64,000 nucleotides of DNA from Malacoraja senta (lineage: Eukaryota): assembly GCA_038087875.1 (NCBI GenBank), contig CM075995.1, forward strand, positions 2,172,001 through 2,236,000, given 5' to 3'. The notes under the pieces were generated by a model. It saw only the letters and a program-made list of their open reading frames with translations. It was not told where the DNA came from and made no database searches. Below, in pieces: positions 12,823-24,497 of this stretch. Positions within the stretch are counted from its first letter, which is position 1, and each line of letters starts with the position of its first letter. Position numbers and translations under genes: made by a program.

Positions 12823-14178
12823 CAGTGCATTCAGAAAGTTTTCAGACCTCTTTACTTTTTCTACATTTTGTTACGTTACAGCCTTATTCTAAAATGAATT
12901 GCGTTCATTTTTTTAATCTTCAATCTATACACAATACCCCATAATAAAAAAGTGAAAACAGGTGTTTAGAAAAGTTTGCAAAGTAGTTAAAAATAAATAA
13001 CTGATATATCACATTTACATAAGTATTCAGATCCTTTCCTCAGTACTTTGTTGAGGCACCTGTGGCAGTGATTACAGCCTCAGGTCTTCTTGGGTGTGAC
13101 GCTACAAGCTTGGCACACATGTATTTGGGTAATTTCTCCCATTCTTCTCTGCAGATCCTCTCAAGCTCTGTCAGATTGGATGGAGAGCGTCGATGCACAG
13201 CTATTTTCAGGTCCCTCCAGAGATATTCAATCGTGTTCAAGTCCGGGCTCTGGCTGGGCCACTTAAGGCCACTCCTGCGTTGTTTTGGATGTGTGCTTAG
13301 GGTCGTTGTCCTGTTGGAAGGTGAACCTTTGCCCTAGTCTGAGGTCCTGAATGCTCTGGAGTAGGTTTTCATCAAGGATTTCTCTGTACTTTGCTCCTTT
13401 CATCATTCCCTCGATCCTGACTAGTCTCCCAGTTCCTGCCGCTGAAAAACATCCCCACAGCATGATGCTGCCACCACCATGCTTCACCGTAGGCCAGGTG
13501 ATGAGCGGTGCCTGGTTTCCTCCAGACGTGACACTTGGTATTCAGGCCAAAGAGTTCAATCTTGGTTTCATCAGACCAGAGAATCTTGTTTAGGTGCCTT
13601 TTGGCAAACTCCAAGCGGGCTGTCATGTGCCTTTTATGTGGTGGTTTCAAAGTTCTTTCATTTACGAGCGACGGAGGCCACTGTGCTCTTCGGGACCTGC
13701 AATGCTGCAGAAATTGTTTTATACCCTTCCCCAGATCTGTGCCTCGACACAATCCTGTCTCGGAGATCTACATGGCTTGGTATTTGCTCTGACATGCACT
13801 GTCAACTGCGGGACCTTATATAGACAGGTGTGTGCCTTTCCAAAGCATGTCCAATCAATTGAATTTACCACTGGTGGACTCCAATCAATTTGTCGAAACA
13901 TCTCAAGGGTAATCAATGGAAACAGGATGCACCGAAGCTCAAATTTGAGTGTCATAGCAAAGGGTCTGAATAGTTATGTAAATGTGATATGTCAGTTATT
14001 TATTTTTAATTACATTGCAGAAAATACTAAACACCTGGTTGCCCTTTTTTTATTATGAGGTATTGTGTGTAGATTGATGATTAAAAAAAATGAATTTAAT
14101 CTATTTTGGAATAAGGTTTTAACGTAACAAAATGTGGAAAAAGTGAAGAGGTCTGATTACTTTCTGACTAGTATATAG
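12823..14178 (-). mobile_element. Tc1-family DNA transposon, internally deleted, dead transposase
   Basis: Long TIRs starting CAGTGCATTCAGAAAG..TTCAGACC with a matching degraded right end; minus-strand fragments [56 protein letters not shown] (DDE triad). Confidence 0.92.
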
Positions 14179-14456
14179 TATACTCCACCCAAAACATATG
14201 AGCATTGCCACACCCAAAATAAGCTGCGTTACATACATTCATCACCTAGGAGTGTGCACGTTCAAAATACACTATTCTGACTTAAAGCTGCCCAGTATCC
14301 ACACTTAAGATAGACGTACAATGCTATTCACCCGTACACCCTGGCCACACACTCATTTCACCACTGCCATCGGGAAGAATGTACAGGAGCCTGAAAACTG
14401 TAACATCCAAGTTCAGGAACAGCTGGCTTCCCCACAGTCATCAGGCTATTAAACAC

Positions 14457-14990
14457 TCATCATCATCGGCGGTCATTTGAAACGAGTATGACTGTCCTCT
14501 CCATAGGGTCGTCTACTTGTGGGTCTGCAGATGTCTGTAGAGGCCGATCCGCGATCCACACACCTTGGTGCAACGTGGGCAGTGGAGACTGGCGGTGGTT
14601 GGTAGTCATCGAGCCCCCTTCTCTCTCTCCTTACGGTGCTGTCACTTTGTCTCTGCGACACAGCGTAGTTCCGTTTCGTGAAGTGCAGCTCCTTCCTGCA
14701 CGGATTTCCTCCAGGAGCGCCTGTCCAGTGCAATGTGCTCCCAGTTGCTCGATGTGATGCGGAATTTCTTCAGACTGTTCTTGATGTTGTCCTTGAAGCG
14801 TTTATTTAGCCCGCCGGGGGCTCGCCGACCTTCCTTCAATTGAGAGTGCAGGATTTGTTTCGGGAGACGTGTGTTGAACATGTGGATGACTTGGGCCAGT
14901 CCATCGAAGTTGGTGCTGCATTATTGTGGTGGTGATGCTGGTCATGTTGGCTTCCTCCAAAACACTGATGTTGGTGCGTTTGTCCTCTAC
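14457..14990 (-). mobile_element. RTE (BovB/Expander-like) LINE 3' fragment nested in a Rex1 remnant
   Basis: QLRWTG..RLPKQIL.SQLKEGRR.PGG..KRFKD..K..LK..WE.IALDRRSWR motif; (GAT)n tail at 14457-14467. Confidence 0.88.
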
Positions 14991-15084
14991 AACCCTATAA
15001 AACAATACAACCTCAAATAAGCTCTGAATTACCTAGACTATTATTGTTATTATTGCACTATTATTGTTTGTTTTAATGTGTACG

Positions 15085-15158
15085 TATGTGTGTGTGTGTG
15101 TCTATATATACACATACATACATATAAACATACATATACATATACATACACACACACA
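15085..15158. repeat. Compound (TG)n/(TA/CA)n microsatellite
   Basis: Directly visible. Confidence 0.9.
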
Positions 15159-15569
15159 AATGTGGGGAGGTGGGACTAATGCAGATGGGGCATCTTTGTC
15201 GGCATAGGCAAGTTGGGCCGAAGGGCCTGTTTCGATGCTGTAGCCTGCATGATGCTATGAGTGGCCTACTAATGCTCCCAACTGGTTAATTGGCCTCTGT
15301 AAAAATATTGCCCCTAAAGTGTAGAACTACAATAGCAACATGATTGGCCAAGTGTTTACTGATGCGATTAGTAGTTGAATTTATGACCAACATGTTCAGT
15401 TTAGTTTATTGTCACGTGTACCAAGGTACAGTGAAAAGCTTTTGTTGCGTGCTATCCAGTCAGTGGAAAGACAATACATGATCATTTCACAAAATGTTAC
15501 GAGGTTCTTTGATCACAAACCAACTGCTTGTAATTGTGCAGCTGGACAGAGAGCGGAAGGAAATGATAG

Positions 15570-16535
15570 GAGTGGCACATTGGTACAACCGGTAGAGCTG
15601 CTGCCTCACGGTGCCAGAGACCCAGGTTTGATCCTGAACTAGGGCGGTGTCTGTGCGGAATTTGCATGTTTTCCCTGTGACTGTGTGGGTTTCCTCTGGG
15701 TGCTCTGGTTTCCTTCCACATCCCAAAGGTTAATTGGCCTCTGTGAAAATATTGCCCCTAATGTGCAGAGAGTGGATGAGAAAATGGGTAACATGGAAAA
15801 AGTGTGAACTGGCGATTGGTGGTCGGTGTGGACATGGTGGGCCGAAGGGCCTGTTTCCATGTTGTATCTCTGAATATGTCTAAACAACCTTGTAGCAGTT
15901 CAAGTTTTACTATAAAAACAGTGTTTTCCTACTAAACATGATGAGGTTAATCACACAAAGTATTTAATGCAGCAGAATTATAATTCTATTAGAACGAGCG
16001 GCACAGTGGCGCAGCGGTAGAGCCAGTACCTTACTGCGCCGGAGACCCGGGTTCGATCTCGACTACAGGTGCTATCTGTACGGAATTTGTACGTTCTCCC
16101 CGTGACCTGCGTGGCTTTTCTCCAAGATCTTTGGTTTCCTCCCACATTCCAAAGATGTACAGGTTTGTAGGTTAATTGTCTTGGGAAATGTAAAAAATTG
16201 TCCCTAGTGGGTGTTAATGTGTGGGGATCGCTGGTCGGTACGGACTCGGTGGGCCGAAGGGGCTGTTTCCGTACTGTATCTCTAAAACAAACTCAACTAA
16301 TCTCTGACCCACAGGGTGAGTACACTGGTGCAGCGGTAGAGTCGCTGCCTTACAACGCCGGAGACCCGAGTTTGATCCTGACTACGAGTCAGATTAATTG
16401 GCTTCGGTAAATCAAAACTGTAAATTGTCGCTGGTGTATAGGATAGTGCTAGCGTATGGGGAACATTGGTCAGTGCCGACTCGGTGGGCTGAAGGGCGTA
16501 CTTTCTCGCTGTATCTCTAAACTAAACTGAACTAA
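15570..16535 (+). mobile_element. Three HE1/V-SINE copies (about 15570-15880, 15998-16290, 16318-16535)
   Basis: Each has the tRNA-like head and CR1-like tail; the third is internally deleted. Confidence 0.88.
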
Positions 16536-16649
16536 AAAAAGATATTCGTGCAAAAGCATAATTAGGAGAAAAAAAAACAAGTCAATAGTCGTGCAAGTGG
16601 TGGGCCGTTGTGTTGAAGGTGGTATTATGGTCATGGTGAAATTGGGTAA

Positions 16650-16910
16650 AACACAAAATGCTGGAGTAACTCTGAGTCAGATGGCATCTCTGGAGGATAG
16701 ACACAAAAAGCTAGGATAGACACAAAAAACTTCTTTAGTCTGAAGAAGGGTCTCGACCCTTGTTTCCCTTATCCCTAACCAGTCTGAGGAAGGGTTTCAA
16801 CCCGAAACGTCACCCATTCCTTCTCTCCAGAGATGCTGCCTGTCCCGCTGATTTACTCCAGCTTTTTGTCTCTCTCTTCAGTTTAAACCAGCACCTGCAG
16901 TTCCTTCCTA
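16650..16910. mobile_element. Penelope terminal-repeat insertion with an intact hammerhead core at 16784-16811
   Basis: CTGAGGA-A-GGGTT TC AACCC-GAAAC-GTC on the plus strand, preceded by inverted partial copies. Confidence 0.8.
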
Positions 16911-18761
16911 TGCATCCCTGGAGGACATGAATAGATCTGATTTCCTAACTCTGGGCAAGACGCTCCGTGCATCTAACCGATCTGTTCCCCAAAACTGATG
17001 GAAACAGTAAGTGTGAAATGACAGCAGGATATAAACAAGGGTACAAGTGTGTTTCTGGTTGCTTAGCCTTACAAGCAACCGACAGTTGGGATAAGGGAAA
17101 GTGTCTGTGGGGTGCCTTGAATTGATATTCAATCCCTATTCATTACCACATTGTGTGCCATATGTCCCAGTAAATCGAGGGCAAGCCTTAATTAATCTGC
17201 AAAAATACTCTCAAGTGTTTGTAAACCTCTATCTTCCATATTCTTGCAAAGAAACACGAGCGTTTCAGTTGTGAAACCAATCCACTCACTCGTGGTCCTA
17301 ACAATATAAATGTTCAACTTTTAATTTTATTCACAATGTTACCTCAAAAAGGCTCAAAATGTAACTAAACAGAATTATACTGCTGTCTGCCTCCTCGGTG
17401 ACACTCGGACTACCATTGATCGGACTTTGCTGGCTTTACCTTGCACTAAACTTTATTCCCTTATCACTGCACATGGCTCGATTGTAATCATCTACTGTCT
17501 TTCGGCTGACTGGATAGCAAGCAACAAAAGCTTTTCACCATACCTCCGGTGGTGAATCTGTGGAATTCTTTGCCACGGAAGGCTGTGGAGGCAAAGTCAG
17601 TAGATATATTTAAGGCAGAGATAGATAGATTCTTGATTAGTACGGGTGTCAGAGGTTATGGGGAGAAGGCAGGAGAATGGGGTCAGGATGGAGAGATAGA
17701 TCAGGCATGATTGAATGGCGGAGTAGACTTGATGGGCCGAATGGCCTAATTCCGCTCCTATCACTTATGATCTGATGACCTCGGTACACGCGACAATAAA
17801 CCAAACAAAACATTCTGCAAAAAAAAATACCTTCGGGGGAATTTTTTTTTAAAAGAACGTCTCTTCATTGGTTTTATTAGAAAGGCCAATTAAATATAAT
17901 CATACCATATTGTATGTTCAGCTGTGCCTGACTTTGAAACAGATGTGAGTGTATAACAAATACTTTATGAAGTATGGCAGCATGAATGATTTTTCCAAAT
18001 TTATCTTGGTTTGTTAAAGAAGTAACACCTTTATTGAAAAGTTTGATTTCAAGTGTCCTGTGGTAGATAGTATGATTTGTTTACACATGGCAGGTGTACA
18101 ACAGCTTATCTTATCAGTAATATAATACACAGCAGCTGCGGATATCTGTTTCAATTAATAATTTACCAGTATTACAAGGTACTTATTCAAATATTTTGTT
18201 CAATGTTCACTGAATAATGAAGTAGTTTCTTTGTCAAATAGCCTTATCTACGCAAAGATAGACACAAAGTGCTGGAGCACTTTGGTAACTTTGGTATCAA
18301 GCAGCATCTGTAGTTCCTTGTTTCTGAACCTTATCAACATTGTGGGCTCAGCACGATGGTCTGAACTGGATAATAATACAAGGTGGAGAATGTGAGAGGG
18401 AAAATGGAATTCAATGCTAGATAGCCAAAGGTAGACACAAAAGGCAAAGGAGAGCAACTCAGCGGGTCAGACAGCATCGCTGGAGAAAAGGAATAGCTGA
18501 CGTTTCGGGTCGAGACCCTTATTCAGACTCTGAAGTTCTCCGCGATTCACATACATGAATTCACACACATGTGGCGAGTTTTTGTTTTTGCTCAACAAAA
18601 AAATATTTGGGAAGGGCGGCTGAGCAGAGGGAGCTCTGATGAATCTTCACACGTTGGCGGCATGCACACTTGGTTGCCAACTGTCTTGTAGCTTGGTCCA
18701 GTGCTGTGTTGAGTAGAATCAGCTTAGACTACCTTAGACTCAACAAAGGAAAAAATACCTG

Positions 18762-19208
18762 GTACACAAAAATGCTGGAGAAACTCAGCGGGTGCAGCAG
18801 CATCTATGGAGCGAAGGAAATAGGCAAAGTTTCGGGCCGAAACCCTTCTTCAGACTGATAGGGAGTGGGGAGAAGAAAGGAAAAAAGGAAAAAAGGCGGA
18901 GGAGGAGCCCGAGGGCTGGGGGAGGGGAGGAGACAACCAGAGGGCTGATGAAGGGGATGGGGACAGCAAGGGCTAGCAGAATTGGGAGAATTCAATGTTC
19001 AAGCCCCCAGGATGTAGACTGCCCAAGCGGAATATGAGGTGCATTTCCTCCAATTTCTGGTGTTGCTCGCTGTGGCCATGGAGGAGACCCAGGACAGAGA
19101 GGTCAGATACGGAATGGGAGGGGGAGTTGAAGTGCTGAGCCACCGGGAGGTCAGGTTGGTTATTGCGGACCGACCGGAGGTGTTTGGCGAAACGATCGCC
19201 AAGCCGAA
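18762..19208 (-). mobile_element. Penelope-like element 3' fragment (GIY-YIG endonuclease C-terminus + terminal repeat)
   Basis: RLGDRFAKHLRSVRNNQPDLPVAQHFNSPSHS..LEEMHLIFRLGSLHPGGLNIEFS; flanked by direct repeats aaagga(5-6)tacctg. Confidence 0.9.
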
Positions 19209-19991
19209 AAAGGAAAAATACCTGATGGCAATGACGATGAGAAATAGTATTCGTGGCTTGGTTCGGCAACTTGAGCGCTCGGGAGCGGAAAAGACTACAA
19301 AAAGTAGTGAACACTGCCTAGTCAATCATCGGCTCTGACCTCCCTACCATCGAGGGGATCTATCGCAGTCAATGCCTCAAAAAGGCTGGCAGCATCATCA
19401 AGGACCCACACCATCCTGGCCACACACTCATCTCCCCACTACCTTCAGGTAGAAGGTACAGGAGCCTGAAGACTGCAACGTCCAGGTTCAAGAATAGCTA
19501 CTTCCCCACAGCCATCAGGCTATTAAACCCCTCAAACAAAACTCTGAACATTAATAGCCCATTATCTGTTTATTTACACTTTATCTGTTTATTTATTCAT
19601 GTGTGTATCTTATATTACTAAAAGTCTGATCTTGACCACTTCCTGTTGTTCTGTATATTGATTTTAGAAAAAACGCTGCCACTTACGGCTGTAATTTTTG
19701 GCCATCAGTGGAGTCCCCCTCCACTGCGCAGGACAAGAGGATTTTTCCCATCGCTGAAAAATAAAAGAGTTATTAGTGTTTACAAATTGTTGAGATTCTC
19801 TCTCCTGAAGGCCACGCCCCTTCCGGAGGGACTATAAAACCCGGAAGTGTTGAGTGCCTTAGTCAGTCTCTCTGGGGGAGCGAGAGGGTCACGTCTCTCA
19901 GTCTGAGCTGTGAATAACACTGAACACGTGTGTTCTAAACTGTGAGTGGTTTTACTGACCTGTCAGTGCCCTTAATGTGGTTTGAAAATAT

Positions 19992-20206
19992 AGTTTGGAA
20001 ATGCTAAAGCTGTGTTGCCGTTGGTTTGGAAATGCTAAAGCTGTGTTGCCTTTGGTTTAGAAATGCTAAAGCTGTATTGCCTTTGGTTTGGAAAAGCTAA
20101 AGCTGTGTTGCCTTTGGTTTGGGAATACTAAAGCTGTGTTGCCTTTGGTTTGGAAATGCTAAAGCTGTGTTGCCTTTGGTTTGGAAATGCTAAAGCTGTG
20201 TTGCCT
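19992..20206. repeat. 31-bp minisatellite, about 7 copies, inside the Helitron
   Basis: Unit GGTTTGGAAATGCTAAAGCTGTGTTGCCTTT. Confidence 0.95.
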
Positions 20207-20538
20207 AATTAAAGTTGCCTTGCCTAATTAAAGTTGCCTTGCCTTCTATATAATTAAAAGTCTAATCTTGACCACTTCCTGTTTGCGCTTTATATTGATT
20301 TTTGGCCATCTTACTCAGTCCCCCTCCTCTCATCAGATGCCGAGGATTTTTCCCATCTATGAAAAATAAAAGAGTTATTAGTGTTTAAAAAATGTTGAGA
20401 TTCTCGCTCCTGTCAATCATGCCATGAAGCCCATGCCCCTTCTGGTGGGAGGGGGGAGGGACTATAAAACTCAGACGTGTGAGCGTGGCTCAGTCTCTGC
20501 AAGATGGAGGAGGGAGAGGTCACGACTCGCTGTCTTTA

Positions 20539-20660
20539 GTGGCCTTGCACCCTGCTTGAAATGGTATGGAACTGCACTTGAATTTGGTGACCTTGCACCC
20601 TGCTTGAAGTGGTAAGAAACTGCACTTGAATTTGGTGGCCTTGCACCCTGCTTGAAATGG
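20539..20660. repeat. 48-bp tandem repeat, about 2.5 copies, inside the Helitron
   Basis: CCTTGCACCCTGCTTGAA recurs at 20543, 20591 and 20639. Confidence 0.95.
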
Positions 20661-21099
20661 AATTTCAAGGAATAACCATGAGTCAACTGCCAGCCCACCA
20701 GCCGTGAGTGAGTGAGCTGCCAGCACAACAGGCTTGAGTGCCTGAGCCGCCAGCCCAAGAATCCATTCGGCCCACAATGTCCATACTAGCCCTCTGGAAA
20801 CCAGTCCCTTCAGCCCACAACACCCATTCTAGCGCTCCAGAAAGCCCCTCCAACTGGCCACCAATATTGGAATTGGTGGAGAGGTGGAATATTGCATTGG
20901 GGGACCAGCCCTCCCGTGTGATGCTGGGACCCAACGGGTCCCACTTAGTCTAGTATATTTATATAATGGTATATTGACACACTGATCTGTTCTGTAGTCA
21001 TGCCTACTATATTCTGTTGTGTTGAAGCAAAGCAAGAATTTCATTGTCCTATCTGTGACACATGACAATAAACTCTCTTGAATCTTGAATCTTGAATTC

Positions 21100-21660
21100 A
21101 GCTGGGGCAGTACAGTGGTAGAGTTGCTGCCTCACAACGCCAGAGACCCGGATTCCATCCTGACGAAATGAGTAGGAAGGAACTGCAGATGCTGGTTCGA
21201 ACCGAAGATAGACACAAAAGGCTGGAGTAACTCAGCGGGACAGGCAGCATCTCTGGAGAGAAGGAATGGGTGACGTTTCGGGTTGAAACCCTTCCTCGAC
21301 TGGTTAGGGATAAGGGAAACAAGAGATATAGACGATGATGTGGAGAGATAAAGAACAATGACAAAGATATGCATATAAGTAACGATGATAAAGGAAACAG
21401 GCCACTGTTAGCTGCTACAGTTTCTATATGTATGGAGTTTGTACCATTTCCCTGTGATCGCGTGGGTTTACTCTCTGTTCTCTTTTTTTCTTCCAAATGC
21501 ATGCAAGTTTGCAAGTTAATTAGGTTCTGTAAATTGCCCCTGGTGGACAGGATGCAAAAATGAAAGAACTCAGAAAAAGTGTACAGGTGATCATTGGTCA
21601 GGGCAGACCTGGTGGGCTGAAGGGCCTTTTCCACTTTGTATCTCTAAACTAAATTAAACA
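21100..21660 (+). mobile_element. HE1/V-SINE interrupted by a minus-strand Penelope terminal fragment (about 21170-21420)
   Basis: SINE head ends at ..ttccatcctgac and resumes at tgtatggagtttgtac; Penelope repeat lies between. Confidence 0.82.
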
Positions 21661-21997
21661 AACATTTAAAATAAATTTGATTTGAATTATTACAAGTGAC
21701 AATAAAGTTATTCAAATGCAGGCAGGTTGGACTAGTGTCGATGGGACATGTATGCCGGTGTGGGAAAGTTGGGTCAAAGGGCCTGTTTCCACACTGTATC
21801 ACTCTATGACTCTATTTAAGTTGGAGGTATTTGTACACACTGTGTTCTGGGGACAGTGATGGCAGATGCCCTGTAACCTGGACAATTAAGTACCAAGGAC
21901 TTTAGTGTCCAACCACGGTTATTCCATCTACTCCCGGCCCATCCGCTAGATGGTACAGAATTTCATAGGAGCAGAATGAGGCCATTCGGCCCATTAA

Positions 21998-22344
21998 AGC
22001 GCCTGTTCCACTGTACAAGGTAATTCAAGAGTTCTCCCGGGTTTTCCCGATTCAAACTCGGAGAATGTCCGTAGCGGGTACGTAGGAGTTCGTGGATGTC
22101 TTGTAGCGGCTCGTACGAGTAAAAAGTTTTTTAAAATTTCATCACGAGTATTATTTTACTCATGGACATTTTTCACAGTGTTGAAAAAAAGTCACGAGTT
22201 TACCGGATTTCACGAGTACCTACCGTTACTCGTACGAGCCACTACGTGACATCCACGAGCTCCTACGTACCCGCTACGTACATTACACGAGCTCGAATCA
22301 GGGGAGAACTCGGGAGAACTCTTGAATACAGTGGGCCAGGCCCT
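21998..22344. mobile_element. PIF/Harbinger-type MITE inserted in a CR1 3' UTR
   Basis: TAA TSD (21995-97 / 22345-47); imperfect TIRs AGCGCCTGTTCCACTGTA / TACAGTGGGCCAGGCCCT; host ggcccat|taa|gtctactcc rejoins. Confidence 0.88.
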
Positions 22345-23153
22345 TAAGTCTACTCCGCCATTCAATCATGGCTGATCTATCTTTCCCTCTCAACCCTATT
22401 CTCCTGCACGCTCCCCATAACCTTTGACACCCTTACTAATCAAGAACCTGTTCATCTTTGCTTGAAAAATACCCTCTGACAGACTCCACAGCCTTCTGTG
22501 GCAATGAATCCACAAATTAGAGAGAGCTCTTAAAGATAGCGAAGTCAAGGGATATGGGGGAGAAGGCAGGAATGGGGTACTGATTGTGAATGATCAGCCA
22601 TGATCACAGTGAATGGCGGTGCTGGCTTGAAGGGCCAAATGGCCTACTCCTGCACCTATTGTCTAGTGTCTAAATTCACTAACTATTCACTAGAAATTCC
22701 TCCTCATCTCCTTTCTTACATCCTGGACATCCTCTCCACATTCTCTCTGTCCAGGCCATTCACTATTCGATAAATGAGATACCCCCACCACCCCCCCCTC
22801 ATCTTTCTAAACTCCAACGAGTAGAGGCCCATAAGCTTGAACGTGAGCACCATCACACTCAGGAACAGCTTCTTCCCCTCTCTGATCAAGATGCCAGGGT
22901 ACTGTCCAATTCATTCCTACCCCATTGAGGACATTGGACATTGTGTATGGAACTGATGCACTACAATGCGTTACAATGCTGAGAACTATACGCCGCACTG
23001 CGGATCTTCCCCTTTGTTCTATCTATTGTACTTGAGTTTGACCTGTTATGTCCGATGTGTTGGGATAGCATGCAAAACAAAGCTTTTCAGTCTACCTCAG
23101 TACATGTGACAATAGTAAACCTAAACCTAAACCTGTTTTTACACCAATACCAG

Positions 23154-23199
23154 AAGGGGTCTGATGAAGGGTTTCAACCCGAAACGTCACCTATTCCTT
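23154..23199 (+). ncRNA. Minimal type I hammerhead ribozyme motif in a Penelope terminal repeat (best-preserved copy)
   Basis: AAGG-GGT CTGATGA A GGGTT-TC-AACCC GAAAC GTC^ACC TATT CCTT: full core, 5-bp stem II, palindromic ACGT stem III, stem I GGT/ACC + AAGG/CCTT. Confidence 0.75.
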
Positions 23200-23473
23200 T
23201 TCTCCAGAGATGCTGCCTGACCCGTTGAGTTACACCAGCATTTAGTGTCTATAAGCTGGTGTCATAGTTCCCTGTGAACACCTGTCCAGGTATGCTATAG
23301 TACAACATCATCTCCATTACACATGTCTAGGGGTTTGAGGCCATTGTTCATCGAACATTAATGACCTTAATACACTCCTGTCAAGGTGAGAGGGCACTGT
23401 GCAATAGATGTCATTGTCTCTTGATAGCAATGTACCAATACTTGCAGGAGGACTAATTCATTGTATCTACATT

Positions 23474-23770
23474 ACGGTGGCACAGTGACACAGCGGTAGA
23501 GTGGCTGCCTTACAGCGCCAGAGATCCGGGTTCGATCCTGACTACGGGTGCTATCCGTACAGAGTTTGTACATTCTCACCATGACCACGCGGGTTTTTCC
23601 CGGGTGCTCTGGTTTCCCACGACACTCCAAAGACGTACAGGTTTGTCGGTTAATTAGCTTTGGTAAAAATCGTAAATTGACCCAAGTGCATAGGATAGTG
23701 CTAGTTGCTGGTTGGCGTTGACTCAGTGGGCCGAAGGGCCTGTTTCCCTGCTGTATCTCTAAACTGAACG
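23474..23770 (+). mobile_element. HE1/V-SINE
   Basis: Head with B-box gggttcgatcc, V-domain and tail. Confidence 0.9.
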
Positions 23771-24179
23771 AATCGAATATCACCGCACCTTAATTGGTAC
23801 ACGAGACAATAAGCACAGAGTGTAGAGAGTTGTGAGTCTGTGGAATTGTCTGCCTCAGGAGGCCAGTTCTCTGGATGCTTTCAAGAGAGAGTTACATGGA
23901 GCTCTTAAAGATAGTGGAGTCAGGGGATATGGGGAGAAGGCAGGAATGGGGTACTGATTGTGGATGATCAGCCATGATCACATTGAATGGCGGTGCTGGC
24001 TCGAAGGGCCAAATGGCCTACTCCTGCAGCTATTGTCTATTGTCTATAAAAAACCTTTGAAACCTTTGAAATGAATGGAACTGGTGGGTTGAGCCCTGCA
24101 CGATACAGTATGTATCGCATTGCACCTGGGAATTGGCTAAACAATTGTGCAGCCTTTTCCACCAAGAAAGAAGCAGGCG

Positions 24180-24497
24180 TTAGTTTAGTTTAATTTCGTT
24201 TAGAGATACAGTGCGGAAATATGTCCTTCGGCCCACTGAGTCCGCACCGACCAACGTTCCCCGCACACTATCCTACTCACAATAGGGACAATTTTACATT
24301 TATACCAAGCCAATTAACCTGCAAACCTGTACGTCTTTGGAGTGTGGGAGGAAACCGAGGATCTCGGGGAAAACACACGCCGGTCACGGGGCAGAACGTA
24401 CAAAATCCCTACAGACAGCACCCGTAGTCAGTCAGGATCGAACCCGGGTCTCTGGCGCTGTACGGCAGCAGCTCAACTGCTGCGCCACCGTGCCGCC
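24180..24497 (-). mobile_element. HE1/V-SINE
   Basis: Full reverse-complement copy. Confidence 0.9.

Larger units (their letters stand above)
19608..20953 (+). mobile_element. Non-autonomous Helitron (composite, two 5' ends)
   Basis: 5' TC(TTATATTACTAAAAG); 3' hairpin TGGGACCC-AAC-GGGTCCCA (20925-20943) then CTAG (20950-20953); inserted between host A and T with no TSD. Confidence 0.9.
19250..21097 (+). mobile_element. Rex1/Babar LINE 3' fragment, split by a Helitron
   Basis: AWFGN..RKRLQKVV..IIKDPHHPGH..LPSGRRYRS..RFKNSYFPTAIRLLN; tail resumes at 20954 and ends in (CTTGAAT)n. Confidence 0.85.

Noticed and set aside
15998..16075. tRNA-like sequences with A/B boxes
   Set aside because: They continue directly into the V-domain and LINE tail, so they are SINE heads rather than tRNA genes.
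19992..20206. Regular 31-bp repeats resembling a CRISPR array
   Set aside because: Head-to-tail with no unique spacers, inside a Helitron, eukaryotic context, no cas genes.
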